This document shows positions 40,906-54,321 of a stretch of 64,000 bases of DNA, in pieces. Both the position numbers and the translations under genes were made by a program. The notes below the pieces were generated by a model, which saw only the letters and a program-made list of their open reading frames with translations, was not told where the DNA came from and did not search any database. Origin of the DNA: Eledone cirrhosa (Eukaryota); NCBI GenBank assembly GCA_964016885.1, contig OZ024741.1, positions 267,282,001 through 267,346,000 of the forward strand. The letters run 5' to 3'. Numbering within the stretch: the stretch's first letter is position 1; the number at the start of each line of letters is the position of its first letter.

Positions 40906-43836
40906 TAGGGTGTTCCAGAATCCCACATTTTACACAAAAGTATTTTTTTCTTAGCTCCCTATGCATTTTCTCATGCCATTTTGTATATTATCAATTTATA
41001 ATGTAATTTTGATTATTTCAGACTAATTTAAGCCTTGCCTAATAGTTGCAAATTAGCAGAATAATGGCGGAAACCAGTGGGCCTAGTTGTAACTACTCGC
41101 TCCGTTGTGATGATCAAGAAATATGGCTCCTGGGGCAATATGTTACATCATTTTCACCAAACAAAATACCAACAAAGGGGGATGTTCTAAGATATTTCTT
41201 CTACCTGAAATATGGTCCTATGAAACAGGAAAAGCATGTGAGCTTCAATGGTGCTATTGCGGATAGGCTTGTGATGGAAGTAGTTAGTCAGTGGGAAAAA
41301 GCTGGTGTGGCGACTCAACGAAAAGACAAAGTGAAACTGAAAATTATGAACATGTACAGTGAATACAGAAATTTACAAAAAATCAAAGGTTCTAAGTCAA
41401 ACAAAGAAAAGGAAGCACTATTTGTTTCTGAATTGGATTCGTATTTCTACATTGCACATACTGATGCTGAAAAGAAAATTTTGAAAGACTATCTTCGTAA
41501 TAATTGTTTCTACTTTTGGCACAAGGCCAGCAATTATCCCAGTACATTACTGGAACTTTATTTTATCGGCCCTGTAAGGATAAAAGACAAAGTTGACCTT
41601 GGCGGGATTTGAACTCAGGCCATAAAGGCGTCAGACCCTCTACCAATACTGCCAATCCACCACCTTCGTAATAATGAACAGAAAATGGAAGATGCTACAT
41701 TTCTCGAAACCCTGCGTTGCCAGAAAAAAGTATCTCTGGGTGCTGAAGACAAGGGTTACCAGAAAAAGGTATCTTCAAAGTTTAAGGGTGATCAGGTTTC
41801 TGTGGCTCATCTATAGTCAGAAAACCAAAGAAGGCGTTTGTCAGGATCTGTAATGAACTGAGTGATTCAAGTTCAATCAATGATGAAACTGAAGATGAAC
41901 AGGATCCTGAATTTCAGGCCTCAAACCCGAGACAGCTCAAAGTCAGCCAAGAAACGAAAAGTCCAGCTGGAATTCCCAAAGAATCCATTTCAAAGTCCAA
42001 AAATTTCTCTAATGGCTGATCGTTTAAACCTGACACTGGGCCAGAGAACAGCATTTATGGCATCGATTATTTCTGAGGGTGGGACTGACATAGACGCCAC
42101 AACTCTCTCCAAGAATACTAGCAGACGTGCAGCTAAGAAGATCAGAACTGTGGGGGCTGAACACATAAAGGAACAATTTGCTGTACCAGACTTTGTTACC
42201 TTGCATTGGGATGGCAAAATAATTCCTGGTGACCACGAGAGGCTAGGTGTGCTAGTTGCTGGAACTCCGGACTTCAGAGAAGGTAAACTCCTCGGTGTTC
42301 CCATAATTCCTGGTGGCACTGGAACCACCCAAGCCAAAGCATCATTTGATCTTGTTAAAGATTGGAATGTTGATGGGTCTGTGGTGGGCTTGGTCTTCGA
42401 CACAACTGCTTCGAATTCTGGATGGAAAAATGGTGCCTGCGTGAAACTAGAAGAGATGCTCAACAAAAAGGTGTTTTATTTTGCTTGTCGGCACCATGTC
42501 ATGGAGCGTATCTTGTGTGCAGTGTGGCAACAACTATTCAGAGCAATGTCCAGTCCGGCAACAACTATTCAGAGCAATGTCCAGTCCAGACACCTCAGAG
42601 TTCAAGGAGTTCAAAAAAGATTGGGTGTCACTCACGGACAAGACCAACTTTATAACATTGAACATTGTCAACCGGAGACTCAAGCGTCTGTGTTCTGAGA
42701 ACATCAAGTTCCTCCAAGATTTGCTGACATCCGACGATGGGAAAATGAGTTCTCTTCCATGGGACGACTACCGAGAATGTGCTGAGTTGATGTTGATCTT
42801 GCTTGGTGTCACCCCTCCTTGTGGAATTCATTGGATGCTGCCTGGTGCAGATCATAACGCTCGGTGGATGTCCACAATCATCTATAGTGCAAAGATGTAT
42901 GCATTTGGTGAGCGACTCAATTACGATCAAGCTAAAAGGGAAAAGTTGTGCCAGATCTGTATGAGCAATGTTCTACGTGTGATAATGGCTGACAGCAGTC
43001 AAGTGTGCTGATGCACCATCCAATGACCTTCAATTCTACGTGCAGTTGACACAGTACAGTAAGGTTGACAGAGATCTCTCGCAGGCAGCCACTACTGCTC
43101 TGAGCAGGCATCTTTGGTACCTGACGGAGGAAGCCATTCCACTAGCGCTGTTTTCAAGTCGGGTCCAAGAGTCCGAGAAGAAACAAATAGCCCAACGTCT
43201 TGTCAAAACGAAAACGTCTGGGCCTCTCGACCGTGGTGTTCCAGTATTTCCCCGAGTTGAAGTCGTCCACGAAGCTGCCTCATGTCGTTGGAAAGAAATC
43301 AAGGCTTCTGTTCGATCTCCTTGGTCTTGACGATACTTGGCTTGAGCTGTCACCTGCAACTTGGTCATCACAAGCGTCATATCAAAATGCCTGTGCTGTT
43401 GTTTACAATATCAAGGTAGTCAACGATCTGGCGGAGAGAGCAGTCAAGTTGATAACTCATTTTGTTGCCATCACCAAGAATGAGGAGAAGCAGTGTGTTC
43501 TTCAAGTAGTCGAAGCTCATCGTTGCAAGGTCCCAGATTTCAAAAAAGAAACTCTGAAAACAATATGACTGGAGTTAACTTAACTGAACTCGTTTCTTCC
43601 TTGGTTTACTAAATATAATGGATTAATAAAATAAACAATTATTGTATGGTCATATTTGGTTTCACATTTTCATGCAACATAATCACACTTTCCACTATAA
43701 TCACCATGATATAGACAAGGCTCAAAATAATTTATTTTATACAAAATATGTTTTATTTTACCAATTGGGGCATTTATAATGGGAAAATACACAGGAAGCG
43801 TTAGTATTGTGACTTTGCTTTTTATGGCACACTCTA
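40906..43836 (+). mobile_element. hAT-superfamily (hATm-like) DNA transposon, defective
   Basis: TIRs TAGGGTGTTCCA / TGGCACACTCTA and an exact 8-bp TSD ATATACAC. Transposase motifs HWDGK, FDTTASNSG, CRHH, HNARWM, HLWYL and VVNDLAERAVKL. A 31-bp duplication at 42527-42587 shifts the frame. Confidence 0.9.
41505..41663 (-). mobile_element. tRNA-derived SINE inserted in the hAT transposase
   Basis: 12-bp TSD CTTCGTAATAAT at 41493-41504 and 41664-41675. Confidence 0.9.
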
Positions 43837-43870
43837 ATATACACACACACATATATATTTACACACACAT

Positions 43871-43929
<59 letters not shown>

Positions 43930-44401
43930 TCATCATGATCATTACCATCAGTTAACATATAATTTTTTTTTTTAAATAAATTATTTTATATGTTTATTCC
44001 TTACTTCATTTTTTGTGACCTAGAACCACAAAAATTGGAAAAATTTCTGCCAACACACCAATGTAGTTCCAATGATGTTTCATGTTGGTTAATTGTTGAG
44101 AGGTTGTTCACCAATTTCTTTAGAAACTGGAACTCTTAATGGCCAATAGTTTTGATGCGCATATTGTACTCACTACAAAGTTTTGACTGATAATTTGACA
44201 GTTTGTATTTGGAGGGTTGGCAAAAAGAAAAGGAACCAATCATGATATTGGTAAAAGGAAATAATGTTTCCATTGCTGATAATATTTGCCAAGTGCAACT
44301 CCTGTCCGGTCTAGGAATTGTACCCTCAGCGTTATAATTGTGAATCCAACATCCTAACCACTATTACAAATGTAATTTTTACATGTTGTTTGAAATTGTA
44401 G

Positions 44402-44512
44402 GATTTTGATAAAGAAATTCAACAGCTGAAGCAACATAATAAGTGTGTAGTTGAAGAATTTGAGAAGATTGGACAGGAACTGAAAAGTCAGTTGGCAAAT
44501 GCTGAAATGAAG
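44402..44512 (+). CDS. Internal exon, FAM184-like
   Basis: ttgtag| DFDKEIQQLKQHNKCVVEEFEKIGQELKSQLANAEMK |gtaggt, 111 nt, phase 0/0. Confidence 0.8.
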
Positions 44513-45488
44513 GTAGGTAACTTGTGTTATTACTATAAATAAAAATGGTACAGTGGATGAGCAGAGTATGACTGGGAGAGAGAAAGGCAAACAATAAATT
44601 GCAGAGAATGACAGAAATAGAGTCAGTGGTGAATGTAGTGAAGAGAAATAGGATAAGATGGTTGGATCATGTGTTGAGGAAGGACAATGGTGACTGGGTG
44701 AGAAGAATAGAACCAATGAGTAAATGAGATGGTTGGGTAAATATGAAAGTGAGTGAGTTAGAGGAATAAAGCCGGTGATGAATGTTGTAAAGAGAAAGGG
44801 AATGAGATGGTTGGGTGATGCAATTTGTGCATGGATGAAAGATGGAACATTCTTAAAAAGTTACATTACACCAACAACTGTCTGAACACACCAGTAGATT
44901 TGTTTTAACTACTGCTCACACATGCTTGAGTATATCCTAAAGAAATGGAGACATCTAGATTAATAAGCTTCCCACCATCATCGATCCCACACACAGACCA
45001 CAGATGCCACTCTGTAACATCTTTTACCCTCAACTTCAAAAAAACCTTTTAACAATAAAAAAACCTTTTAATAATAAAGAAAACTCTTAAATTAACACCC
45101 ATAAAGCCACTTAAGTTAGCCCTCTTTTCTACACTCCTCTCTGTATTAATTCTAAACTTATAATTTCTCAAAATAACTTTCTATTTTTTGCTCTACTAAA
45201 CTACTTAAGCTAGCTCCCTTTATCTGTTATTTTACACAAAACGAACTGAAACAAATATTACTCTCTTACACTTTTCTCTCTGTGCATACCTAATCCCTAA
45301 TTATCACCCTTTTCTAGAACTCTTCTGTAAAGAATATCGGGAACGCAACCATTCCAAAATGGCTGGACCGATGATTTGACAATAAAATCTGTGTCTCTAG
45401 CAGTATGTATATGTTAGTAATAAATAACTGTGTGGGTATATGATGTGTGTATATATATATATATTTAATCTTTTTGTTACCATATTTT

Positions 45489-45630
45489 GAGGCACATGGC
45501 TTAGTGGTTAGAGCATTGGCCTTGCAATCGAAAGGTTGTGAGTTCAATTCTCAGGCCGGGTGATGTGTTGTTTCCTTGAGCAAGACACTTTATTTCACAT
45601 TGCTCCAGTTTACTCTGCTGTAGAAATGAG
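45489..45630 (+). mobile_element. Second tRNA-SINE family (a degenerate copy lies at about 46270-46400)
   Basis: A box TGGCTTAGTGG, B box GAGTTCAATTCT and central CCTTGAGCAAGACACTT. Confidence 0.75.
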
Positions 45631-45689
45631 ATGATAGGACTTGGGTCCCACTGCAAAGTGGACGTGTAGGCGCCACAGCAAAAAAGCAC

Positions 45690-45803
45690 CCAACACTCAC
45701 TGTAAATGAGGTTGGTGTTAGGAAGGGCATCCAGCTGTAGAAATCAAGCCAGAATCAGTTCCCATCCCACCCTTGCAAGCAGGGAAAAGTGGACGTAAAA
45801 TGA
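45690..45803 (+). mobile_element. Bipartite non-autonomous RTE derivative
   Basis: The GTTAGGAAGGGCATCCAG motif is joined directly to the family-2 RTE 3' tail (CCCACCCT.GCAAGCAGGGAAAAG.GGACGTAAAATGA). Confidence 0.7.
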
Positions 45804-46007
45804 AAAGAAAAAAAGAAAAGAATTTCTTATTGCCTTGATTTTCAAATAATTTTGAATATCAAAGATTTTGAGGGATTGATCAATATAACTAACATTCTCA
45901 AAGGATCTTACAAATAAACGGTTTTGCCATGTAGAACCAAGGGTTGTTTCAGGCAGTTTGGTATCTAAAGGGTTAACATATTGTTTTATCTTATGTTAAT
46001 ATTTCAG

Positions 46008-46169
46008 CTCCAGGACTTCCAACATTTAGTACGAAATAGTGAGGAGAATTTATCATCGGCATCAATCCACATAAAAACCTTAAAAGATGGTGTTACGAAG
46101 TTAAAAGAAGAGCTAGATGCATGTCGAACTGAGTTGAAAGCTACTAAATTGTCAAACACTCAATTGCAG
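46008..46169 (+). CDS. FAM184A: Internal exon, FAM184A/B-like
   Basis: tttcag| LQDFQHLVRNSEENLSSASIHIKTLKDGVTKLKEELDACRTELKATK.. |gtgagt. It resembles the vertebrate FAM184A segment VRKSEQGLGSAEGLIASLQD..LQNELDLTKDSLKETK (recalled, not searched). Confidence 0.7.
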
Positions 46170-46728
46170 GTGAGTGCCGACTGATTTCTAATCTCTTTAA
46201 TGTCCTAGTAGTAGTAGTAGTAATGTTGTTATTGCTTGGTTAGTGTCAGCCATGCTACAATCCTTGATAGCGTGCAGCCTAGTAGTTAATATGTTGCACT
46301 GATGTTTGTAAGTTGTTAGTTTAATTCCTGGACCATTGCTGTGTTGTGACCTTGAGTAAGGTACTTTATTTCATCTTTCTACAGTCCTTTCAGCTGGAAA
46401 AGTACCTCCAGCAGCAGCAGTTGGAGGGAGTTAACTGTGTTACGGATTGTCCTACTGTCCAAGAGTTAGGCATGTATTGTATTTGCAATTGCTCAACACC
46501 TCAAGAAATCAGAATAAGCTACAGCCTAATGAGCATGTAAGCTTGAGAAAGACTCCAATAAATGCATGGTGCTGTTGGCTTAAGTACAAAGTTTGTGTGA
46601 AGGTTCATGGCTTAGTCAATGTCAGGACTTTGATTCCCATTGGACAAAAGACTTTATTTCACATTCATATATATATGCAAGCATGGAAAAGCGGAGGTAA
46701 AAACGATGATATATATATATATATATAT

Positions 46729-47136
46729 AAAAATAGCGGAGCAAGCGGTTATCAAACAATTCTCTAAATAAATTAAAAAACGATTTAAATAATCACCTGT
46801 TCTATTGCTGTTACCGACGGTTTCATCATTCCAAAAGATTGGAAATCCAGAGATTTCCAATGGAAAGAAATGAATCTTCAGACAGCTTATTTCCACACTA
46901 TAAGGTTGCTAGCCTTACAGTAAGTAAATATTTCGCTTCCTGCCCAACGCATGCGGTCAAGCCGTTAAAATGACACACACGCAAAATCAGGTCGCAGATA
47001 ATAGTTGTTTATTATAAACATGTTGATATTGCCACTAAAATTAGCAGCATTATTCAACGTTTTGTTCTCTACACAAGGAGAAAAATTATAAAAGTGGATG
47101 AATACCTCAACAGGTACTATGTACTTGTAGAAATAT
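46729..47136 (-). mobile_element. Retrozyme-like element family A, copy 2 (HHR at 46807-46886)
   Basis: A permuted homologue of 4134-4545 with the same GCUGU-CUGAAGA..GAAACCGUCGGUA-ACAGC ribozyme. Confidence 0.78.
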
Positions 47137-47152
47137 GCATATATATATATAT

Positions 47153-47920
47153 ATACAAATATATTACACAAATAGAAGTGTGTTACACAATGAAATGTGT
47201 GTAAAGAATTATTACAAGTGATTTTTACCGTTACTGTATAGAAAACAATATCTACAGGTTTAGCAATTAAATAGAAAAAAACCTAAGTCAGAATCAAATC
47301 TCTGAAGTAGATTTTAAATTACTAACCTTATAACTATAAGTTTGCTGATATGAATTAAGTTCGTTTCACCACAGAAATGTGCAGCTTAACAGCCACAGGT
47401 TGATCAGTCAGCAAATGTGGATTCTGTTTACTACACATCTAGCCTCATGGATAGAGAGAAAGCTAATATACACGCTGCCCAGGGTAGGGCAAAATCACGT
47501 GTTATTTGCATCAAATAACGGTTCTCATGGATTGGGGAAAATGCTAGAGAGAGCAGCCCAACCATTCGAATTTGTTAGCTCAACAATTTGGAGCTCGTTA
47601 AGTATACAAAGATCGGAATTAAGAGTATTCCGCAGTTCACAGTAATAATAATAGTATTAGCTCAAAGAAGAATAGAGAATTTTCTTCTGAGCTCAGATAC
47701 AAATATATTACACAAATAGAAGTGTGTTACACAGTGAGATGTGTGTAAAGAATTATTACAAGTGAGTTTTACCGTTACTGTATAGAAAACAATATCTACA
47801 GGTTTAGCAATTAAATAGAAAAAAATCTAAGTCAGAATCAAATCTCTGAAGTAGATTTTAAATTACTAACCTTATAACTATAAGTTTGCTGATATGAATT
47901 AAGTTCGTTTCACCACAGAA
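47153..47920 (-). mobile_element. 1.4-mer tandem of a 544-nt hammerhead-bearing monomer
   Basis: 47153-47376 is repeated at 47697-47920. A variant HHR lies at 47341-47415. Confidence 0.8.
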
Positions 47921-48001
47921 TACATATACATACATATATATATATATATGTATGTATGTATGTATATGTATATATGTATGTACATGTGTATATGTATTAT
48001 A

Positions 48002-48047
<46 letters not shown>

Positions 48048-48241
48048 GATAAATCTACCAAGAGTTTACGGTAGTGTCCAATCCGTATGAAGAACTCAAT
48101 GTATTCCGGATATCATGGAAAGAAGAGATGTAATGAAAAATCACTTTCGGTGAAAGATAAACGGTATACAGAGTCAAGATAAAATATTAAACAAATAATG
48201 AATAAAACAATGAAACAGTTCCTTATATTAAACAAAAAAAG

Positions 48242-48395
48242 TTCATTATTTAACGATCGTTTCTAGGATATATATGTGTTAGAATTGGCATGCATATTCA
48301 ACAGATCTATGTACAAAATTATACAAAATTATACAAACTATCAAGATTAAATATACATACCAACACATATATACGCCGTCTTCAGAAATAATGAA
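48242..48395 (-). ncRNA. Hammerhead ribozyme of the Naiad-like pLTR
   Basis: Perfect 10-bp stem I UUCAUUAUUU/AAAUAAUGAA, CUGAAGA, long stem II, GAAAC-GAUC-GUU. Confidence 0.8.
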
Positions 48396-49064
48396 ATATA
48401 TTTATTGATAATAACAACAATTCAAAATTTCAGGTCCGTTTGGGAACAAAATTGACCAATGAAAATACAAAAGGTTTTATGCAATTCGGTGTGTGTATAT
48501 ACATGTAACTCACCGTACACATATTTATACAAAAATGTATGCTCAACATGCATACGCATACCAAAAAGATGCATGCAAATACAAAATTTCAAGGTTAATG
48601 TCTCTGTAAGTTTATAATGCACAGATAAGATGCGTATAGACACATAAATATGAAATAAGTGTATACACATATTCTCATACTCACACATATCCGTACAATC
48701 ACACACACGCGCGCGTATATGCATAAACATACACATAATTACGAACATACATACACACACACACCCCCACACACATATATATATGTGGATATAATATTAT
48801 CATAAGCACATGGATATTAATTCACTCACATAAACACTGCCACACACATTTAGATCAAGATACAGAAATTAGGTGGGAGGGGGGGAGGGGAGAGGTCAGT
48901 AGTCAACGGTTTGGGCAGACTGCTTATTTATAGATGTATCTATAAACTAAGAAATAAAAAATAAAAATTAAAAAGGAAAGAAAAGAAAAAGAAAAAAGAA
49001 AAAAGAAATATATCAAGAAAATATATATATATATATATATATATACATACATATATATATATAT

Positions 49065-49103
<39 letters not shown>

Positions 49104-49193
49104 CACACATACACACATCTACACTTAGAACATACATATACACACATATATAAACATATACATATACACACATACACACATATACACACATAC

Positions 49194-49234
<41 letters not shown>

Positions 49235-49536
49235 TATATACACATATAATCACACATACATATATAGACACACATATATATACACATACACGCACATATA
49301 CATACACATACATACTTATATACATACAGATATACACATACATACCTATATATACACACCAATACATACAGACATACATACATACATACACACAAATACT
49401 TACGCATCCATATATCGGTATATACATACAAACACCACTACACTCTCACACAACTCAGACATACAAAAAAAAAGGTATATACCTATACACATATACATAT
49501 ACAAATAGAGATACATATACATATATATATATATAT

Positions 49537-49589
<53 letters not shown>

Positions 49590-49779
49590 CACATATACAC
49601 ACATATATATACATCCACATACATACATGTACACACACATACATATACATACATACACACATACACACATACATATATAGTCATACACACACATACACCT
49701 ACACGAACATACACATACACATATATAAAGATATATATACACACACACACATACACACACACACATATATATAAAATAA

Positions 49780-49816
<37 letters not shown>

Positions 49817-50376
49817 CACACATAGATAGACATATATGTGTACATACATACACATACACACATACATATACACACATATATATATATATATATACACACA
49901 TAGACACATACATACATACACACACAACATACATACACACACATATATACACATACATAGACATAGATATATATTCATACATACATACGCACTTACATAT
50001 ACTCATATATACAAATACATACGCATCCATATATGCGTATATACATACAAACACCACTACACTCTCACACAACTCAGACATACAAAGAAAAAGGTATATA
50101 CATATACATATATACACACATTAATAGAGATACATATACACATATATATATATATATATACACATACATTTATATATATACACCCACACACACATACAAC
50201 CATAAACACACATACAAACACACACATACACACATATATACATACATATATATACACACACACAAAAAACACACATACACATATATATTTTTTACACACA
50301 TATATACACATATATATACATATACACACCCTCACATATACACACATACACATAAGTTATATTATAATAATAAATA

Positions 50377-50407
<31 letters not shown>

Positions 50408-51485
50408 CGAATATAGACATATATAGACACATAGATATACATATATATATACATATACACACACACACACACACACTCACATATATATGTGCGCACACGT
50501 ACATATATACACATACACACATATACACATAAACACATACATGTGTATACATGTACATACACACATATACCCACATAGATACGAAGATAGACATATATAT
50601 AGAGAGACATACATACATATACACACATATATATATATATATATACATACATACACACACATATATATATACATATATATATACACACACACACATACAC
50701 GCCCACACACATATACACATATACACATATATATATATATATATACATATACACATATATATACACATGCATATATACACATATATATATACATACACAC
50801 ATATATATACACACAATCTTACATTCTTATTTGCATGCGCATATATGTATTTTTATATTCAGATATAAATACCCAAACATATATACACCTACCTACATAT
50901 ATATTCATACATACACGCTTACAAACACAGATGATAATAGTATGGGGGAAAGGGGGGGGGTGTTGGAGAAGGGGATTATAGTAAATATATGTTTCAAGAA
51001 ACATAGAATATTATCTGTATCTGGATCCAGTGTATGTTTTTACATAGTTTCAGTGTTAGGAAATACAAGAAATAAGGCAAAATTTATGCATTTCAAAATA
51101 AGTATACCATTAATTATATGTTAACTAAACTAAAGATAGTTAACATATTGATTTCTAAGGTGTAAATTAGTTAGGTTTATAATATTTGAAGCAGAATTTT
51201 GAAGTTAAATAGTAGTAGAGTATTAATTATAGTATAACTAAATTAAAGTTATGGTATCAATATTAGGAAATGAATTTAGTAATAGGGAAAAAACAAATAA
51301 AGTATTACATCGGTAGTAGAATATAAATTATAGGTTAACTAAATTAAAAATTATATATTAATTTCTATAGTATATGTTAATTAGGTATATAATAAATAAA
51401 ACAGATATTGTATTTTATCAATAGCAGAATATAATTATATGCAAATAGAAATCAAAATTAATACATATACATATACATATACATA

Positions 51486-51545
<60 letters not shown>

Positions 51546-52041
51546 TACACACATACACATACATATACATACATACATATACATATTTTTTCAAAAATTG
51601 CAAAGAATATATTAACTAGGTATACATCCAAAACACATCCCATTCTATGATTACATGACACTCTGCAATCCGTCTGTATAAGGATACTAATTTTAAGCCA
51701 ATTAAATTAAATTTTTAGGTTGACTAAATTTAAAACCAAATTATAAATATATTTCTAAAATGTATATTAATTAGGTCTATAATACTAAAAATTATTTCTC
51801 TGTCATTGGATACACGATATTTTGTTATATTTTATCTGTAAAGGAATTTTAATAAAAGGTTTAAATAAATTAAAATTAATCTATAAATTAAATTACTAAG
51901 TATATATTAGTAATATTTAAAGGTTTTTCACAATTTATGATTACACAATATTTTATATTCTCATCTGTAGTAGAATTTTAATTAAATTAAATTTATAAGT
52001 TAACTAACGTTTAAATTAAATTAATTTCTAAAATAATGTTA

Positions 52042-54321
52042 TTAATTAGGTTTATAATATTTAAATGTTTTTTTTAGTTTATGATTACACGATATAATTA
52101 ATTCCTGTCGTTTATTTAATAGGATATCCTTAGATTTCATTATTTCAAATAGTTCTTGGGAACATAATCTACATTCATTTCTATTATTTTGATAAGGGGT
52201 GGCTCTTTTGAGCACACTCCAGGTCAAATCATATTCTATATTCTTATTTTTATAACTATTGATTTTTTCTGCTAGAGATGTTGTATTAGCCAGTGCGGCA
52301 TTTTTAAAACTATGCTTGTGGGTATTAAACCTTGTCTTAAAATTGTTAGAGGTAGCTCCTATATATGAGCAAATAGAATCTTTAGTTTTAACATTACATT
52401 TATAGACTATGTTGTTAACAAGACAATTCCCTTTTAATGGGCAGTTTGCTTTGTTTCTACAGTTACAACCTTTCGTTAATTCTGTATTTGAGGAGATATT
52501 ATGGTTAATTTGATGTACTGGTGGTATACTTATGGTTTTCTTACATTTATATGCATTATAGGCACTTATATTTTGTTTTATGTTATTTGTTGTAGAGTAT
52601 GAGAATTTAACTGTAGACCTATTTAAGATTTGATGGTATTTGTGGTTTGGCGGGAAGTTTTTCTCTAGGATATAAAAAAATTTTTTAGCAATATTATCCT
52701 TAATTTGTAAATTAAATGGAGCATTATACCAAGTAACCCGTCTATTACGGTTTCTATGTTGTTTATTATTTTTATTATTTTTATAGGTTGTATCGTGATG
52801 TTTACTAGGAGGATTAATGTTAATGATCTCACCACAACCATTTTTAGTTATATTTGTAGATTTAGGTGTTTTATCCTTTTTATTAGGAGTTTTATTATTA
52901 ATATTTATTAGAGTTGTATGATGAGTAGTTTTTTGAGAGTTACTATATTTTATATTAGAAGATTTGGTATTTTGGGGTATAGTGTGGGTGGCATTTAGGT
53001 GTGTACTTTTCATTTGGTGTTTGTTGGTAATATTAGGTTGTATGCTTTTAGTATTTTTAGTAGAAGGTATATATTCTAATCTATTTTTGTGGCCACTTCT
53101 ATCTAGAGCTTCGTTATAGAAGGTCGCATTTTTATCAAATACATCTTGGTTAGAAGAAAGGTTAGAAATTCTAAGTGATATATTATATGCAAGGTTTTTA
53201 AGGATAGATTTAGGGTGATTAGATTGTGAGTGTATGTAATGTAAGTTTTGGTTTGGTTTATGGTAAGGTTGGTAGATACCCGTAGCTAAATCTAAAGTTA
53301 TATCTAGGAAATTTACTACTTTACTTGTTTTTTCAAAAGTAATATGAAGATTATAATAGTCTTTAAGGAAAGTTCTAATATGTTTTTTGTTTTTTTCAAT
53401 TTCTGAAAGGCTAAGGTTGTTAGAAAGAAGAAGACAGTCATCACGATATAAACCACCTTTGAGGTGGGGAAAGGAGGCATTTATGTTGAAAAGGAGAAAG
53501 AGGCCCACAAGATCAGTAATTTGGGCGGAATCGCTTGAACCCATAGTAATATCAAATAGATTACTATATGTGTTTCTGGTCCAGTATTCATTCTGAAATT
53601 CAATAAGTGTTAGTCTAGCATGTGTAATAATATTAATGTCATCCAAAGTTAAGTTAGATCTATTTTTAGCAAATATCAATGCTTTGTTCAGGAGTATAGG
53701 TGATATAGAAGAATAGTAATTATCTATATCAAATTGTAGAAATGAAGCAGAAGATTTACATCTAATATTTTTAAACCAGTTAATTACCTGGGAGGTGTTT
53801 TCCCAGAGTGGTAAAATAACGTGTTTTCTTATTTGTGGGATGACTCTATCCAAAATTTTTTTGCTAATTATTCCAATATCTGATTTGGAGGGACATATAA
53901 GTCTAATAGAAGGATTTGAGTTAAAGTTTGATTTATGATCCTTCAGGTTGAAGTGTGGTCTTTTCAATGCCAAAGGTTCAGTTCTATCTTCAATGTTTAG
54001 TTTTTTTACTATGTTGTGTGTTTTGTTGTTGATGTTGGTGAGTGACGCATTATTAGATTTTTTATAATTTTTTCTGAGTTCTTTATATATGAACTCATTA
54101 TAATGTTCAATATCCATATGATACAAGTTACCAGTTTTGTCCGAGTGGACATGGATTTTTTTAGACTTTTTTAGGTCCAATAGGGTAGAATCAAGGTCCT
54201 TTTGAAAGACGGATTTATACTTTTTAAATTTGAGGTGTTTAATTAAATTAAAAAGGTCTTTCTCGAAGTCTTCAAGTAAAAAGTTGTGTGGTGGATTCTT
54301 GTAAGTATTGAAATCATACAT
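52042..54321 (-). CDS. PLE reverse transcriptase plus GIY-YIG endonuclease (Naiad-like; N-terminus probably truncated)
   Basis: Uninterrupted 759 aa with SDKTGNLY, LKDHK..PSIRLICP, FDIDNYYSSI, MGSSDSAQ, LYRDD, FLDITL, CxCx5C (CNCRNKANC) and IVY..YIGAT. Confidence 0.92.
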   Translation of the reverse strand: MYDFNTYKNPPHNFLLEDFEKDLFNLIKHLKFKKYKSVFQKDLDSTLLDLKKSKKIHVHSDKTGNLYHMDIEHYNEFIYKELRKNYKKSNNASLTNINNKTHNIVKKLNIEDRTEPLALKRPHFNLKDHKSNFNSNPSIRLICPSKSDIGIISKKILDRVIPQIRKHVILPLWENTSQVINWFKNIRCKSSASFLQFDIDNYYSSISPILLNKALIFAKNRSNLTLDDINIITHARLTLIEFQNEYWTRNTYSNLFDITMGSSDSAQITDLVGLFLLFNINASFPHLKGGLYRDDCLLLSNNLSLSEIEKNKKHIRTFLKDYYNLHITFEKTSKVVNFLDITLDLATGIYQPYHKPNQNLHYIHSQSNHPKSILKNLAYNISLRISNLSSNQDVFDKNATFYNEALDRSGHKNRLEYIPSTKNTKSIQPNITNKHQMKSTHLNATHTIPQNTKSSNIKYSNSQKTTHHTTLININNKTPNKKDKTPKSTNITKNGCGEIININPPSKHHDTTYKNNKNNKQHRNRNRRVTWYNAPFNLQIKDNIAKKFFYILEKNFPPNHKYHQILNRSTVKFSYSTTNNIKQNISAYNAYKCKKTISIPPVHQINHNISSNTELTKGCNCRNKANCPLKGNCLVNNIVYKCNVKTKDSICSYIGATSNNFKTRFNTHKHSFKNAALANTTSLAEKINSYKNKNIEYDLTWSVLKRATPYQNNRNECRLCSQELFEIMKSKDILLNKRQELIISCNHKLKKTFKYYKPN

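Noticed and set aside
45489-45560. tRNA gene
   Set aside because: A and B boxes are present but no cloverleaf, and it continues into a SINE body.
52042-54321. Selenoprotein Naiad
   Set aside because: There is no in-frame TGA in the ORF. The AUGA hairpin near 48060-48120 lacks a conserved apical AA, so it is not a convincing SECIS.
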